Assembly (NCBI GenBank): GCA_044225795.1
Contig: JBGAIF010000007.1
Span: 130,095 to 194,094, forward strand
Length of the DNA stretch: 64,000 nt
Reading direction: 5' to 3'
Source of the DNA: Flavipsychrobacter sp.
Lineage (GTDB): Bacteria; Bacteroidota; Bacteroidia; Chitinophagales; Chitinophagaceae
Shown: positions 28,430-38,950 of the stretch, one piece after another
Layout: the number at the start of each line of letters is the position of its first letter
Numbering within the stretch: the first letter of the stretch is position 1
Made by a program: the position numbers and the translations under genes
The notes under the pieces: generated by a model
Told to the model about the DNA's origin: nothing
The model's database searches: none
The model's input: the letters and a program-made list of their open reading frames with translations, nothing else

Positions 28430-29824
28430 ATGTCTAAACCATCAATACCCCAAGGCACACGCGACTTCTCCCCGGAGGAGGTTCGCAAACGCCAGTATAT
28501 ATTCAACACGCTCCGCAATATCTTCGAGCTCTATGGCTTTCAACCCCTGGAGACGCCTGCCATGGAAAACCTCGTAACGCTTACGGGGAAGTATGGCGAA
28601 GAAGGAGACCGCCTGATATTCAAGATACTGAATAACGGACTGCACGAAAAGAAGGACGCTGAAAAAGAGAAGTTGAATGTGGAATGGAACAACGTGATCA
28701 GCCGCCCCTACTCCACTCCTGTGGTCACCGAGCGTGCGCTCAGGTACGACCTTACCATACCTTTTGCCCGATATGTGGTGATGCACCAGAACGATCTTGC
28801 CTTGCCTTTCCGCCGTTACCAGATGCAGCCCGTTTGGCGTGCCGACCGCCCGCAAAAGGGCCGCTACCGCGAATTCTGGCAATGCGATGCCGATGTGGTA
28901 GGCAGCACTTCACTCATCAATGAGGCTGAGCTGTTGTGTATCTACCAATCTGCATTCCATCAGCTACAGATACCGGTCTCTATAAAGATCAATAGCCGCA
29001 AGCTCTTGGCAGCACTTGCGGAGCTATGTGGTATGCCGGAAAAAATGACCGACATCACCGTGGCCATGGATAAACTGGATAAGATAGGCTGGGTTGGTGT
29101 TGCCAACGAACTGAAGGAAAGAGGTATCAGCGACGATGGTGTATGGCAGATAGAGCGTATGATCAATGTCTCCGGCAATAATGACGGGAAACTGGCCGCT
29201 TTCGCGGAGATCATGCAGCACAGTGCTGTTGGCATGGATGGCATCAACGAACTGAGCAAGACCCTGGCTTACAACAAAAGCCTCGACAATAATGCAACAG
29301 GCAATATACAGGTAGATATCAGCCTTGCCCGCGGGCTCAACTACTATACAGGGGTCATTGTAGAAGTGGTCTGCGCGCACCCCGGTGTGAAAATGGGCAG
29401 TATTGGTGGCGGTGGCCGCTACGACGATCTTACCGGCCTGTTTGGCCTTAAAGGCTTATCCGGCGTGGGTGTGTCTTTTGGCATTGACCGCATATATGAC
29501 GTGATCGAAGAATTGAACCTCTTCCCGGCTCAACTGGCCACCGGATCGGCTGTAATGATCGTCAACTTTGGTGGCGACAACGAAACTTACGCATTACAGG
29601 TATTGCAGCAACTACGTGCTGCAGGCATAGCCACAGAGATCTATCCCGATGCCGCTAAGTTTGATAAACAGATGAAGTATGCCAACAAGCGCGGCTTCAG
29701 TTATGTCCTGCTTCCCGGTGATGAAGAGCGACAGAAAGGTATGGTCAGCCTCAAGAATTTTTCCACAGGCGAACAGAAAATGTGCTCCGTGGGTGATTGT
29801 ATCGTCTCCATTCAGAATAAGTAA
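28430..29824 (+). CDS. hisS: Histidyl-tRNA synthetase
   Basis: PQGTRDF, LRYDLTIPFARY, WRADRPQKGRYREFWQCD, LARGLNYYTG, GGGRYDDL. Confidence 0.98.
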   Translation: MSKPSIPQGTRDFSPEEVRKRQYIFNTLRNIFELYGFQPLETPAMENLVTLTGKYGEEGDRLIFKILNNGLHEKKDAEKEKLNVEWNNVISRPYSTPVVTERALRYDLTIPFARYVVMHQNDLALPFRRYQMQPVWRADRPQKGRYREFWQCDADVVGSTSLINEAELLCIYQSAFHQLQIPVSIKINSRKLLAALAELCGMPEKMTDITVAMDKLDKIGWVGVANELKERGISDDGVWQIERMINVSGNNDGKLAAFAEIMQHSAVGMDGINELSKTLAYNKSLDNNATGNIQVDISLARGLNYYTGVIVEVVCAHPGVKMGSIGGGGRYDDLTGLFGLKGLSGVGVSFGIDRIYDVIEELNLFPAQLATGSAVMIVNFGGDNETYALQVLQQLRAAGIATEIYPDAAKFDKQMKYANKRGFSYVLLPGDEERQKGMVSLKNFSTGEQKMCSVGDCIVSIQNK

Positions 29825-29825
29825 C

Positions 29826-29856
29826 TAAAGAGCCCCGGATACCCCGGGGCTCTTTA
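29826..29856. terminator. Terminator between convergent genes
   Basis: TAAAGAGCCCCGG-ATACC-CCGGGGCTCTTTA. Confidence 0.85.
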
Positions 29857-29876
29857 TATCATCAAAGATACTGCTG

Positions 29877-32684
29877 CTATTTTGTTAGCACTATCCTTTT
29901 CGTTTCAGTGAATTCTCCGGCCTTCAAAGAACAATAATACACCCCTGCCGGCAACTGGTCGCCTGAGAACACGTATCTGTGCGTACCTACTGGGGCCTGC
30001 TCATCAGCGACTTGTTTTACAACACGCCCCAACTGGTCATACACGTGCAGATTCACATGCGCGGGCCTGTCAAGTTCAAACTGCAATGTTGTTTGCTGAA
30101 CAAACGGGTTCGGATATGTCGTAAATTTCAGATCAGGTTTACCCGCCACCACATCCTCCACCCGTGTAATATCTCCGACACTGCTTATGTGCGTAGAATA
30201 GATACCATTGGAATGAGTCGCAATAACTACAAGGCCGTCCGTAGAGCGGTAGTCTATCATGTCTACTACAGCACTTCCGATAGTGTTTGCACCCTGCTGC
30301 ACCCATACTGTTGAAGTATCATTGAGCTGTGTGGTAGCAAACAGCCCCACACTTGTTCCCACAAGATATACCGTGCCCCCCTCTACCGGAATAATACTTG
30401 CCCACCTGCAGGACGGGCCATCTCCCGCACCTGTCTTTTTATTCACTTCCAGGTTACCCGCGCACTTCGACCAGGTAGCACCACCATCTGCGGAATAGAA
30501 AAGGCTGTATACATTGTAGTTGGAATACACAACCATGATATGGTCTCCGTTATTCGGATCTACCGCAATACAGCTCACATTAGCCTGCGAATTGCCTCCG
30601 GAGGTAGGAAATGCTGCGGCCCCGGATGTTGAGGTAATATCTTTAAATGCGGGCGTCCCTGCATTGGCACTGTCGATCCGGAATACCTTACGTGTACTTG
30701 TACCAAAGTAAACCCTGTTTGCCGGTTTCCGGCATGCAGTGATGGTGGAAATAGCACCCGATGTGAAATTCGAATCAGGGAAACGCACCCAGTTGGTAGA
30801 TATCGAATCCCAGTTTCCGGCATAAGGGATCCCTGACAGGTCGTTATTTCGCCACAAAGATTTGCCGCCTGCCAGGTACATGATGTTATTGTTATTGGGG
30901 TCTAGCGTGAATGGATTGATAAAAAGATACCCATGGCCACCACGTGGATCGATACGCGCAAAGCTGTCTACGTTGCCGGAATAATCCAGCACGGCGCGCA
31001 TCATCTTACCGTTTTGTATACTGAAGTAATACGCCTGTGTGGCATCTGCAATCGCACAATAAGACCCATCACCGCCCCTCGGCGTCACCCATGGTGCATG
31101 GCCATCAGCCGTACTCGTGAACCAGCTTCCGTTGTCCTGTGCGCCACCAATGATGATATCGTTATTCCCTGCATGGTCTATGGCACAGGTATAGAACATT
31201 GATGTGATATAGCCATTGTTAAGAGATGACCAGATTACATTTGCTGCCGTGTTGTCATTGCAATAAAAGATACCGCCATCATTCGTCGAGATCATTTTAT
31301 TCGGGTCTCCGGGCAGGAACACCAGTTCATGCTGGTCGGGATGATGATTGAGGTACATATCCACAACAGGCAGCGTAGCGTGTTCCTTATAGCCCCCTAT
31401 AAATGTGGTATGTGCATCATCCGAGAATCCTGTGGTTGAACGATAAACATTTGTGCCACCAATGAATACAATATTGGTATCGTTGGGTTTCACGCGCACC
31501 ACGAGGTCATAGGCACCCTGTGAAGTGAACTTATCAAATAATCCACCTGTTGTTGGCAGGTTTCCGGACAGGTCTTTCCATACAGCGCCGGTACCGCTCC
31601 CATCACCGGATACATACCTGAACTTCCACAGGCTGTTCCATTCCACATCACCAATATAGTTGGTATCAGGTTGTCCATAGTTGGGGGTACATCCCAGAAA
31701 GAAGACCTGGTTCTCATCCATCGGGCTGATGCCTATCTTCATACGTTTATAGTTCGCGGGGAAAGAAGCAGGCGTGATATCGGTGAAGGTCACGCCATCC
31801 GCGGAGCGGTATATGCCCTTTACTCCTCCATCGCTGCTAAGGGTAGCATAGACAACTCCTGTCTTAGACACAGCAACATCAGTATAGTAAGAGCTTCCGA
31901 ACGAACCCAGCACGGGTGTCCACGAAGTACCGCCATCTTTCGTTTTGTACACCGTACCATAACCTGCCGCATATACCACATCCTGTGTCATATTCGATGG
32001 GTCGGCAGCAATGTTCCAGGTCATATCTGCCCAGCCATCCAGCGATACAGCGCTGGTACTAAGGGTTGAGGTAAGTGGTTTCCATGTTTGCCCGTTGTCT
32101 GTAGATTTGTATATACCGTTGCCCAGGTAAAAAGAACCGCCTCCGGATGCAGATGTTCCGTAGGCCTCACCTGTGCCGTAATACCACACATTCGTATGCC
32201 CCGGGCGCGTATCCTGGGTCAGGCAGGACACACTTTTCAATTGATCTGGAGTAGATGTCATTGTCCACGACCTACCCATATCAACAGAGCGCCACATGCC
32301 ACCTGAAGTAGAGCCGGCAATCAGAATGTTCTGGTTGGCAACATCAATGCCGAATGCGCGCGTTCTGCCGCCAACATTCCATGGCCCGCGCTGTTTCCAG
32401 CCTTCTGTTGCAGCCGTTCTCATTCCTGTCAGGTATCTGTCGCTGGGTAGTGTTGCGGCAAATGCCAGCTCTCTTTCTCTTATATGTGCCGGTATCTTGC
32501 CCGTTTCCGGGTCACAGAGCCGCATGAGCTCATAATTATAACGGGCATTGTCATCATCATCCGAGCCAAGGGCATCTGCATCCCCCAGGTACTCATGCGC
32601 TTCCTTATGCTGATGTTGCGTAAAGCAGGAGTATCCTGCACTTACGGCCAGAATGGCCAATACACCTATATATAGCTTTTTCAA
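29877..32684 (-). CDS. T9SS-secreted BNR/Asp-box beta-propeller protein (VPS10/sialidase-like)
   Basis: GPWNVGGRTRA; Asp-boxes SVDMGRSW, STDNGQTW, TKDGGTSW, SADGGATW; HPDQH; CTD TYPNPF...GVYYCSL...RIVLTK. Confidence 0.88.
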   Translation of the reverse strand: MKKLYIGVLAILAVSAGYSCFTQHQHKEAHEYLGDADALGSDDDDNARYNYELMRLCDPETGKIPAHIRERELAFAATLPSDRYLTGMRTAATEGWKQRGPWNVGGRTRAFGIDVANQNILIAGSTSGGMWRSVDMGRSWTMTSTPDQLKSVSCLTQDTRPGHTNVWYYGTGEAYGTSASGGGSFYLGNGIYKSTDNGQTWKPLTSTLSTSAVSLDGWADMTWNIAADPSNMTQDVVYAAGYGTVYKTKDGGTSWTPVLGSFGSSYYTDVAVSKTGVVYATLSSDGGVKGIYRSADGVTFTDITPASFPANYKRMKIGISPMDENQVFFLGCTPNYGQPDTNYIGDVEWNSLWKFRYVSGDGSGTGAVWKDLSGNLPTTGGLFDKFTSQGAYDLVVRVKPNDTNIVFIGGTNVYRSTTGFSDDAHTTFIGGYKEHATLPVVDMYLNHHPDQHELVFLPGDPNKMISTNDGGIFYCNDNTAANVIWSSLNNGYITSMFYTCAIDHAGNNDIIIGGAQDNGSWFTSTADGHAPWVTPRGGDGSYCAIADATQAYYFSIQNGKMMRAVLDYSGNVDSFARIDPRGGHGYLFINPFTLDPNNNNIMYLAGGKSLWRNNDLSGIPYAGNWDSISTNWVRFPDSNFTSGAISTITACRKPANRVYFGTSTRKVFRIDSANAGTPAFKDITSTSGAAAFPTSGGNSQANVSCIAVDPNNGDHIMVVYSNYNVYSLFYSADGGATWSKCAGNLEVNKKTGAGDGPSCRWASIIPVEGGTVYLVGTSVGLFATTQLNDTSTVWVQQGANTIGSAVVDMIDYRSTDGLVVIATHSNGIYSTHISSVGDITRVEDVVAGKPDLKFTTYPNPFVQQTTLQFELDRPAHVNLHVYDQLGRVVKQVADEQAPVGTHRYVFSGDQLPAGVYYCSLKAGEFTETKRIVLTK

Positions 32685-32748
32685 GATTAGTTAGTTTGTG
32701 TGTCGTGAAAGTTACGACTTTCAGCGCACAATTCAATACTAACACCTG

Positions 32749-33216
32749 CTATTTCAAGGCATAGTCATAGACCAGGTATTCGGTCTTGTCCATGGGCTTT
32801 ATATGGCTTTCCATATTTGCTGTAAATACGGCACCAAGACGCAGCCCCGGATAACCGGGCTTCAGGTCTGGCAATATACGCTCGGTCTTCAGTATCGTAT
32901 TGGCAAAACGTACTTCTATAGTATCCCCAACCAGCGGCATGGAAATAGCGGACGATCCGCAATCAGCCACTTTCAGTACCCTCACCTTTACAGTGCAGGG
33001 ATACCTGGCACAGATGCTGTTCTTATCCGGATCGTACGCTGGTAATATCTTCACTACTATCGCTTCTGTTTTACACACCAGCGGACCCGCAGGAACTGTT
33101 GCGGCTTTGGGTTGTTGCTTCCCGGCAGCAGGTTTTTCCGCCCCACGGTTCTTCGTCGCCTTGCACGACAAACTTGCTGAAACAATAAGAAAAATTGCAA
33201 AACGCTTCATAAACAA
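32749..33216 (-). CDS. Lipoprotein of unknown function
   Basis: Lipobox SLSC; low-complexity linker followed by an OB-like region. Confidence 0.65.
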   Translation of the reverse strand: MFMKRFAIFLIVSASLSCKATKNRGAEKPAAGKQQPKAATVPAGPLVCKTEAIVVKILPAYDPDKNSICARYPCTVKVRVLKVADCGSSAISMPLVGDTIEVRFANTILKTERILPDLKPGYPGLRLGAVFTANMESHIKPMDKTEYLVYDYALK

Positions 33217-33237
33217 TGGTATTCATTTTATAGTTTG

Positions 33238-35436
33238 CTACAACACCAACAAGCCGCACTTGTACAGCGTATTGACGGGTTTGTTGTCCCAGAACAATTC
33301 AAAGTCTTCCAGTCCCGATGCCTCAAAATCCTGCTTCACCTCCTGCAGTGTATACACCTTCATGTGCCGCACAGATAACTTATCAAGCATCCCTGCCAGC
33401 CACAGACCCGGCTCCTTATCTGTCTTGATGTTCACAGTATCCTGCTTGTTCTGAAAGGTCAGTGATGCCTGCTCCCATTGGTTGCCTTTCTTCGACTTCA
33501 CTACGATCTCGGTTACCGGCATATTACCCAGCCACACCACTTTTGCCGTAGGCCTGACCGCGGAATATTCTTCTTCATTCAGTATGTCTGAAATATAGGT
33601 TGGTACCACTGTTGTTTTGGGGACCTTGAGATCAAACCACTTGTGCAACGGGTGATCAAGACAAGCGCCATGCATGTAGTTAAGTAGCGACTTCTTTAGC
33701 CCCTGCGAGAAAGAATCATGATCTGCCCCTGTGGGGTCAATATGAACAATATCATTGTTGGCAAAGGTACCCGTTGCCTCCGTTTCTTTCTTTACCCCAT
33801 ACATTTCCGGGTTTAGCCCTACGGGGCTGTGTGCGGTCATGGCAAACTGGTGCCAGAATGCCGATTGTAGTATCCCTGTCGCGAACATCTGCCGCACCAT
33901 TTCCAGCGAGTCTATGGTCTCCTGCGCCGTTTGCGTCGGGAATCCGTACATAAGGTACGCATGTACCATAATGCCTGCTTCAGTAAAATGCTTATTGACC
34001 TTCGCTACTTGTGCCACCGTGATACCCTTCTGTATAAGCCCCAGCAACCGGTCCGATGCCACCTCAAGCCCGCCCGAAACGGCTATGCATCCCGATGCTT
34101 TCAGCAGGAAGCAAAGGTCTCTTGTAAAGCTCTTTTCAAACCGGATATTGGTCCACCAGCTTATGTTGATCTTCCTCCTGGTGAGCTCCAGCGCCAGCGC
34201 GCGCATCAATGCCGGTGGCGCTGCCTCATCCACAAAGTGAAAACCTGTTTGTCCTGTCTGTTTCACTATGGCCTCTATCCGGTCACACAACAGCGACGCG
34301 GCTATGGGCTCATACACTTTTATGTAATCAAGCGATATGTCACAGAAGGTACACTTGCCCCAGTAGCATCCGTGTGCCATGGTTAGTTTATTCCACCTGC
34401 CGTCACTCCACAAGCTGTGCATCGGGTTCACTACCTCTATCGCCGATATGTACTCAGTCAGCAGCAGATCACTATAGTCCGGTGTTCCTGTTGCGCTCTG
34501 CGGGTAATCACTGCACGATGAATTGTTCACATACTGCACTGCCCCATCCTTCAGCATAAAGGTCCTCTTCAGTTCACCCGCTGGCCGCTTACCGGCAATA
34601 TGATCTGTCAGCAGCTCTATCGGTGCTTCACCATCGTCTAAAGTGATGAAGTCATAAAACTCAAATACTCTCGCGTCAGACAGGGAACGCAGTTCCGTAT
34701 TGGGAAATCCGCCCCCCATTACCACCTTCACATCAGGGTAGTTTGCTTTTATCCATTGCGCACAGCGGAAAGAAGCATACAGGTTTCCCGGGAAGGGTAC
34801 TGACAAAGCTGCCATTCGGGGTTGCACTGCCGCCATTCTCGCAGCCAGCAATTCTATCAGTAAGGTATCTATATAGGTGTGTTCCTGCTGCAATGCAGTG
34901 TACAACTCATCAAAGCTGTTGGCGCTTCTCCCAAGCCGCTCCGCATACCTGCTGAACCCGAAATGTTCATCCACACACTCTTTTATGAGGTCAGCAAGGT
35001 CTTCAAGGTACATCGTGGCAATGTGTTTGGCCTTGTCCTGCATACCCATGTTCCCGAATGCCCAGGCAAGGTCGTCTGTCTGAGAGAACCTCGATGCTTC
35101 AGGCAAATAATTCCTTTTACTGATAAGGTGTGCCAGCGTCGGGTCCTTGCCCTGCAGAAACCGGATAACACCATCTATGGTCTGAATGTATTCATCTTGC
35201 AGCGCCACTATCCTTGCAGCATTCTCCGACAGATCACACCCTTTGTCTGCAACAACACCAAACAGCTTCCGCAAGCCCGTCTGCGAGAACAATGCAAGAG
35301 TTACCTCTATACCAAGATCGGCCTGGAAAGAAGAAATATTACGGGTGTTGAGAAAGCCTTTAAGGTAAGCCGTAGCAGGGTATGGTGTATTCAGTTGTGT
35401 GAACGGGGGCGTTATCAGTAATACTGTGGCGCTCAA
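33238..35436 (-). CDS. B12-binding-domain radical SAM protein
   Basis: LITPPFTQLNTPYPA, ALSVPFPG, VVMGGG, HGCYWGKCTFCD, FHFVDEA, GLEVASDRLL, AYLMYGFP. Confidence 0.92.
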   Translation of the reverse strand: MSATVLLITPPFTQLNTPYPATAYLKGFLNTRNISSFQADLGIEVTLALFSQTGLRKLFGVVADKGCDLSENAARIVALQDEYIQTIDGVIRFLQGKDPTLAHLISKRNYLPEASRFSQTDDLAWAFGNMGMQDKAKHIATMYLEDLADLIKECVDEHFGFSRYAERLGRSANSFDELYTALQQEHTYIDTLLIELLAARMAAVQPRMAALSVPFPGNLYASFRCAQWIKANYPDVKVVMGGGFPNTELRSLSDARVFEFYDFITLDDGEAPIELLTDHIAGKRPAGELKRTFMLKDGAVQYVNNSSCSDYPQSATGTPDYSDLLLTEYISAIEVVNPMHSLWSDGRWNKLTMAHGCYWGKCTFCDISLDYIKVYEPIAASLLCDRIEAIVKQTGQTGFHFVDEAAPPALMRALALELTRRKINISWWTNIRFEKSFTRDLCFLLKASGCIAVSGGLEVASDRLLGLIQKGITVAQVAKVNKHFTEAGIMVHAYLMYGFPTQTAQETIDSLEMVRQMFATGILQSAFWHQFAMTAHSPVGLNPEMYGVKKETEATGTFANNDIVHIDPTGADHDSFSQGLKKSLLNYMHGACLDHPLHKWFDLKVPKTTVVPTYISDILNEEEYSAVRPTAKVVWLGNMPVTEIVVKSKKGNQWEQASLTFQNKQDTVNIKTDKEPGLWLAGMLDKLSVRHMKVYTLQEVKQDFEASGLEDFELFWDNKPVNTLYKCGLLVL

Positions 35437-35498
35437 AAGTTTGTATTTGTTATCAAAATTATAGTAAATAACTGAGATCAGTTGGCGAACGGTGCGTA

Positions 35499-35840
35499 TC
35501 AGTTATGCCGCCAGTGCGTCTTATCCTTGTCCTCACCCCCCCTGAACACATTGATCACCAGCATGACAGCCATGGAGCAGATAGTGGCGATAATGAAGTA
35601 GTTGAGCACCCGTATATCGGTAAGATAACGATGGTAGTGCCTCAGGTACTTATTACCAAGCACACACGCTATAGAACCTATAGTGATGGTAGCTATCATC
35701 CCAAACCCTCTGCCGGGCAATATCATCTGTGCTACAAGCCCGGCCGCTGTTCCGATGAACAGTGTCACGAGTATGTTCTGGTATTGTATTACAAATCCGT
35801 GAACATAATACCAAAGTGTGTTGAGCAGCAGGTCGTGCAT
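35499..35840 (-). CDS. GlsB/YeaQ/YmgE-family small membrane protein
   Basis: LFIGTAAGLVAQMILPGRGFGMIATITIGSIA. Confidence 0.7.
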   Translation of the reverse strand: MHDLLLNTLWYYVHGFVIQYQNILVTLFIGTAAGLVAQMILPGRGFGMIATITIGSIACVLGNKYLRHYHRYLTDIRVLNYFIIATICSMAVMLVINVFRGGEDKDKTHWRHN

Positions 35841-35890
35841 AATAGCATAAAAATAGATAAAATTTATTGCTTGTGTATTTTTTATAACTT

Positions 35891-36193
35891 TTATAATTCC
35901 TGCCCTTGTATGATCAATGCCGATCTTACAGACGCTTCCTTCAGATGCAGATATTGTTTCCTTCCTTCATCTGCCTTAAATGCTTCAAAGTCAGCCTGTG
36001 ACAGGAAGCAGACCAGGTGCAGCTCATATGGCGCTTTGCCCTCCGTGTGGATGATTGTATTATGGTCAGGCCTGATGCGCAACAAGAGCTTCCCTCCGTA
36101 CTTGCGAATAACAGGTATGGCCATGTCCTCAAATTCCTGAAATACAGCTTCCTGTCCGTCAACGATATAGATCAATTGAGTGATGTAGATCAT
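35891..36193 (-). CDS. DUF1330-like protein
   Basis: FQEFE...IRKYGGKLL, HLVCF.S..DFEAF..DE.R. Confidence 0.75.
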   Translation of the reverse strand: MIYITQLIYIVDGQEAVFQEFEDMAIPVIRKYGGKLLLRIRPDHNTIIHTEGKAPYELHLVCFLSQADFEAFKADEGRKQYLHLKEASVRSALIIQGQEL

Positions 36194-36261
36194 GGTATGT
36201 AGTTAAGGGTGCAAAAGTAACGGTATTCGCGGTATGCTCTTTACAGGAGCAATATTTGAAG

Positions 36262-36414
36262 TACCTTTGCGTCACATGACCTTCGACGATCTTAACCTCG
36301 GAAATTCATTGCAAAAGGCTATAAATGACCTTGGCTACACCACACCCACCACCATACAGGGTAAGGCATTCTCCGTGCTCATGTTCTGCAAGGACGTATG
36401 TGGGATCGCGCAAA
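36262..36414 (+). repeat. Duplicated promoter and 5' end of the DEAD-box gene, copy 1
   Basis: 123 bp identical plus 30 bp with 4 mismatches versus 36527-36679 (offset 265). Confidence 0.97.
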
Positions 36415-36452
36415 TAAAATTCAGATACCTCGTAGAGGCTACCCGTTTGTAG
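36276..36452 (+). pseudogene. Truncated DEAD-box helicase N-terminal fragment (58 aa)
   Basis: MTFDDLNLGNSLQKAINDLGYTTPTTIQGKAFSVLM matches the full gene, then diverges and stops before Walker A. Confidence 0.8.
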
Positions 36453-36495
36453 CAAGAACAACAGGGACACCTTTTTGCCCCATCGGGGCTACCCG
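36427..36495. repeat. Two REP-like palindromic units
   Basis: ACCTCGTAGAGGCTACCCG (36427) and GCCCCATCGGGGCTACCCG (36477); same length, compensatory stem change. Confidence 0.6.
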
Positions 36496-36540
36496 GCCTT
36501 TCCGTGTTCATTTAACCTAAACCGCATACCTTTGCGTCAC

Positions 36541-37872
36541 ATGACCTTCGACGATCTTAACCTCGGAAATTCATTGCAAAAGGCTATAAATGACCTTGGC
36601 TACACCACACCCACCACCATACAGGGTAAGGCATTCTCCGTGCTCATGTCCGGCAGGGATGTATGTGGGATCGCGCAAACAGGCACCGGAAAAACATTTG
36701 CCTACCTGCTGCCATGCCTCCGGCAATGGAACTTTGCAAAAGACCGCTTCCCGCAGATACTGGTCATCGTACCTACCCGCGAACTGGTAGTGCAGGTAGT
36801 GGAAGCAGTGAAGCAACTTACAACCTATATGACGGTAGAGGTGGTAGGTGTATATGGCGGATCGCCGATGAAACCGCAAAGAGATGCCGTGGAAAATGGC
36901 TGCGACATAGTGGTGGCAACGCCGGGCCGCCTTATGGACCTGGTATATGAGGGAGCGCTGCGGCTGAAAAATATCAAAAAGCTGGTGATAGATGAGGTCG
37001 ATGAGATGTTCAACCTCGGGTTCCGTACACAGCTCAATAATGTGATCAACCTGCTGCCACCCCGCAGGCAGAATATTCTTTTCTCAGCAACCATTACCGA
37101 CGAAGTAGATGCCCTCATGCACGACTATTTCAATAACCCGGTAAGGATAGAGGCCGCACCGGTAGGTACACCACTGGAGAATATAGACCAGTGCGCCTAT
37201 TATGTGCCCAACTTCAACACGAAGATAAACCTGCTGTCGCTCTTGCTTCAAGGCGACCCATCTATGTCTAAAGTGCTTGTATTTGTTGCCACAAAACGCA
37301 TGGCCGACGATGTGTTTGAACAGATGGAGCCCCTGTTCCCGGGCAAGGTGGGTGTCATACACAGCAACAAGGAACAGAACTACCGCTTCAATACGGTCAA
37401 TCAGTTCCAGTCAGGTAACTTCCGCTTCATCATTGCTACAGACATCATCGCCCGCGGCCTCGACATATCAGAAGTAACGCACGTCATCAACTTCGACACT
37501 CCTGATGTACCGGAGAACTACATCCATCGCATAGGCCGTACGGGCCGTGCAGACAGGAAAGGCATCTCCATAACATTCATTACTGAAAAAGAAAAAGAAT
37601 ACCAGGAGAAGATAGAAGCATTGATGAACTACCAGGTACCTATTCTGCCATTGCCCGGTGACCTTATCATATCTGACGTACTCACCGAAGATGAGATACC
37701 TAAAGTGCGCATGAAGGAAGTGCTGATAAAACTACCCGACATCCGCGACTCCCGTGGCGCATTCCATGAAAAGCTGGAAAAGAATAAGAAAGTGAACATC
37801 AAAATATCTCACAAAGACAAGATGCGCGCTAAATATGGCAAACCCAAAACAAGAGGAGCAAAAAAGAAGTAG
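36541..37872 (+). CDS. DEAD-box RNA helicase
   Basis: Q motif, AQTGTGKT, PTRELV, TPGRL, VIDEVDEM, SAT, ARGLD, HRIGRTGRA. Confidence 0.97.
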   Translation: MTFDDLNLGNSLQKAINDLGYTTPTTIQGKAFSVLMSGRDVCGIAQTGTGKTFAYLLPCLRQWNFAKDRFPQILVIVPTRELVVQVVEAVKQLTTYMTVEVVGVYGGSPMKPQRDAVENGCDIVVATPGRLMDLVYEGALRLKNIKKLVIDEVDEMFNLGFRTQLNNVINLLPPRRQNILFSATITDEVDALMHDYFNNPVRIEAAPVGTPLENIDQCAYYVPNFNTKINLLSLLLQGDPSMSKVLVFVATKRMADDVFEQMEPLFPGKVGVIHSNKEQNYRFNTVNQFQSGNFRFIIATDIIARGLDISEVTHVINFDTPDVPENYIHRIGRTGRADRKGISITFITEKEKEYQEKIEALMNYQVPILPLPGDLIISDVLTEDEIPKVRMKEVLIKLPDIRDSRGAFHEKLEKNKKVNIKISHKDKMRAKYGKPKTRGAKKK

Positions 37873-37884
37873 TATATTTATTCA

Positions 37885-38409
37885 ATGACACCTAAGAGAA
37901 TACTCACTGCATTATTACTGATACTGGCCACTGCCTCTACCTTTGGTCAGACATTAAAGAAATACCCGGTTGGCTCCAGCGGTTGCTCCGCATACTTCTT
38001 TTGCGTGCCCGATTCCGTAGATCACTCAAAGAGCCCCGACTCTTCAGATGTATATACCACCGAATGTATTTCAAAAGACCACACTTACGGTATCATCTGT
38101 GTAAAACTCAAGGATGCGATACCGAACATCAATGACGCAGATGAAGTGCTGCTGGCATACCTTGATTATTTGAAGACCTCATTAAAGATAAAAAGTGCTG
38201 CAGGATACGGAAAAGGCCACAGGCTTAAGAATAATGAGAATATCCATGGCGTCATTGACTACTGGTTTGACGAAGAAAAGAACAACTGGAAGATAAAAGG
38301 ATGGACGGATGGCAAGTATATGTGCGCCATGTACGCCTATTCAAAGAACCTGCTCGACGACAATCGCGTAGATATCTTCCTGAACAGCCTGGTATTACCC
38401 GGCATGTGA
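37885..38409 (+). CDS. Exported hypothetical protein
   Basis: Signal ending TFG-Q; 174 aa. Confidence 0.7.
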   Translation: MTPKRILTALLLILATASTFGQTLKKYPVGSSGCSAYFFCVPDSVDHSKSPDSSDVYTTECISKDHTYGIICVKLKDAIPNINDADEVLLAYLDYLKTSLKIKSAAGYGKGHRLKNNENIHGVIDYWFDEEKNNWKIKGWTDGKYMCAMYAYSKNLLDDNRVDIFLNSLVLPGM

Positions 38410-38889
38410 TCAGTCAGCTCTCTTATACAGAGGCAGGTTCATTTCATGGGCTACGCGCGCGGCCAGCACATCACCGCCCTCGCTGAATGGCCATACATAC
38501 AATGCTTTTATCTCAAAGTCTTTCTGCATTTCCCTGATCGCATCCATGGTCAGTTTTTTTGCTATCCCCTTGCCCCTGTACTCCGGCAATGTAGATGCCG
38601 AACAGAGGTAAACAGCTTCATACGCCCCTCCATTCAGCGTCTGTCCATAGAGCTGCCGCTCCGATATCTCCCGGCCAATGAACATATTCATCACTTCTGT
38701 TGTAGTTGGTATCAGCAGTATCCAGCAGGCAGGCCCCTTGCCTTCATCATACTCCGAGAGCGTGGCAGGGTGCAGTTCTTGCAGCCGTTCTATGATCTCG
38801 CGGTCCACATCCAGTTGTTCAGGGTCATTCTTGGTATCAAATACCTCTGTCACCAGTTCCATCATCCTTTCAAAGTGGCTCTTTTCCAT
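38410..38889 (-). CDS. GNAT-family acetyltransferase
   Basis: Motif A STLPEYRGKGIAKKL; start probably ATG 38889. Confidence 0.75.
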   Translation of the reverse strand: MEKSHFERMMELVTEVFDTKNDPEQLDVDREIIERLQELHPATLSEYDEGKGPACWILLIPTTTEVMNMFIGREISERQLYGQTLNGGAYEAVYLCSASTLPEYRGKGIAKKLTMDAIREMQKDFEIKALYVWPFSEGGDVLAARVAHEMNLPLYKRAD

Positions 38890-38950
38890 GTCATAAAAAT
38901 AGCGCAAAAAACCACTCGTAATATTTGTTTAATTTTGTAAAAAACGGCCC

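Noticed and set aside
35437-35500. Cobalamin riboswitch ahead of the B12-binding radical SAM gene
   Set aside because: The spacer is about 60 bp with no B12-box or GGGAA motifs.
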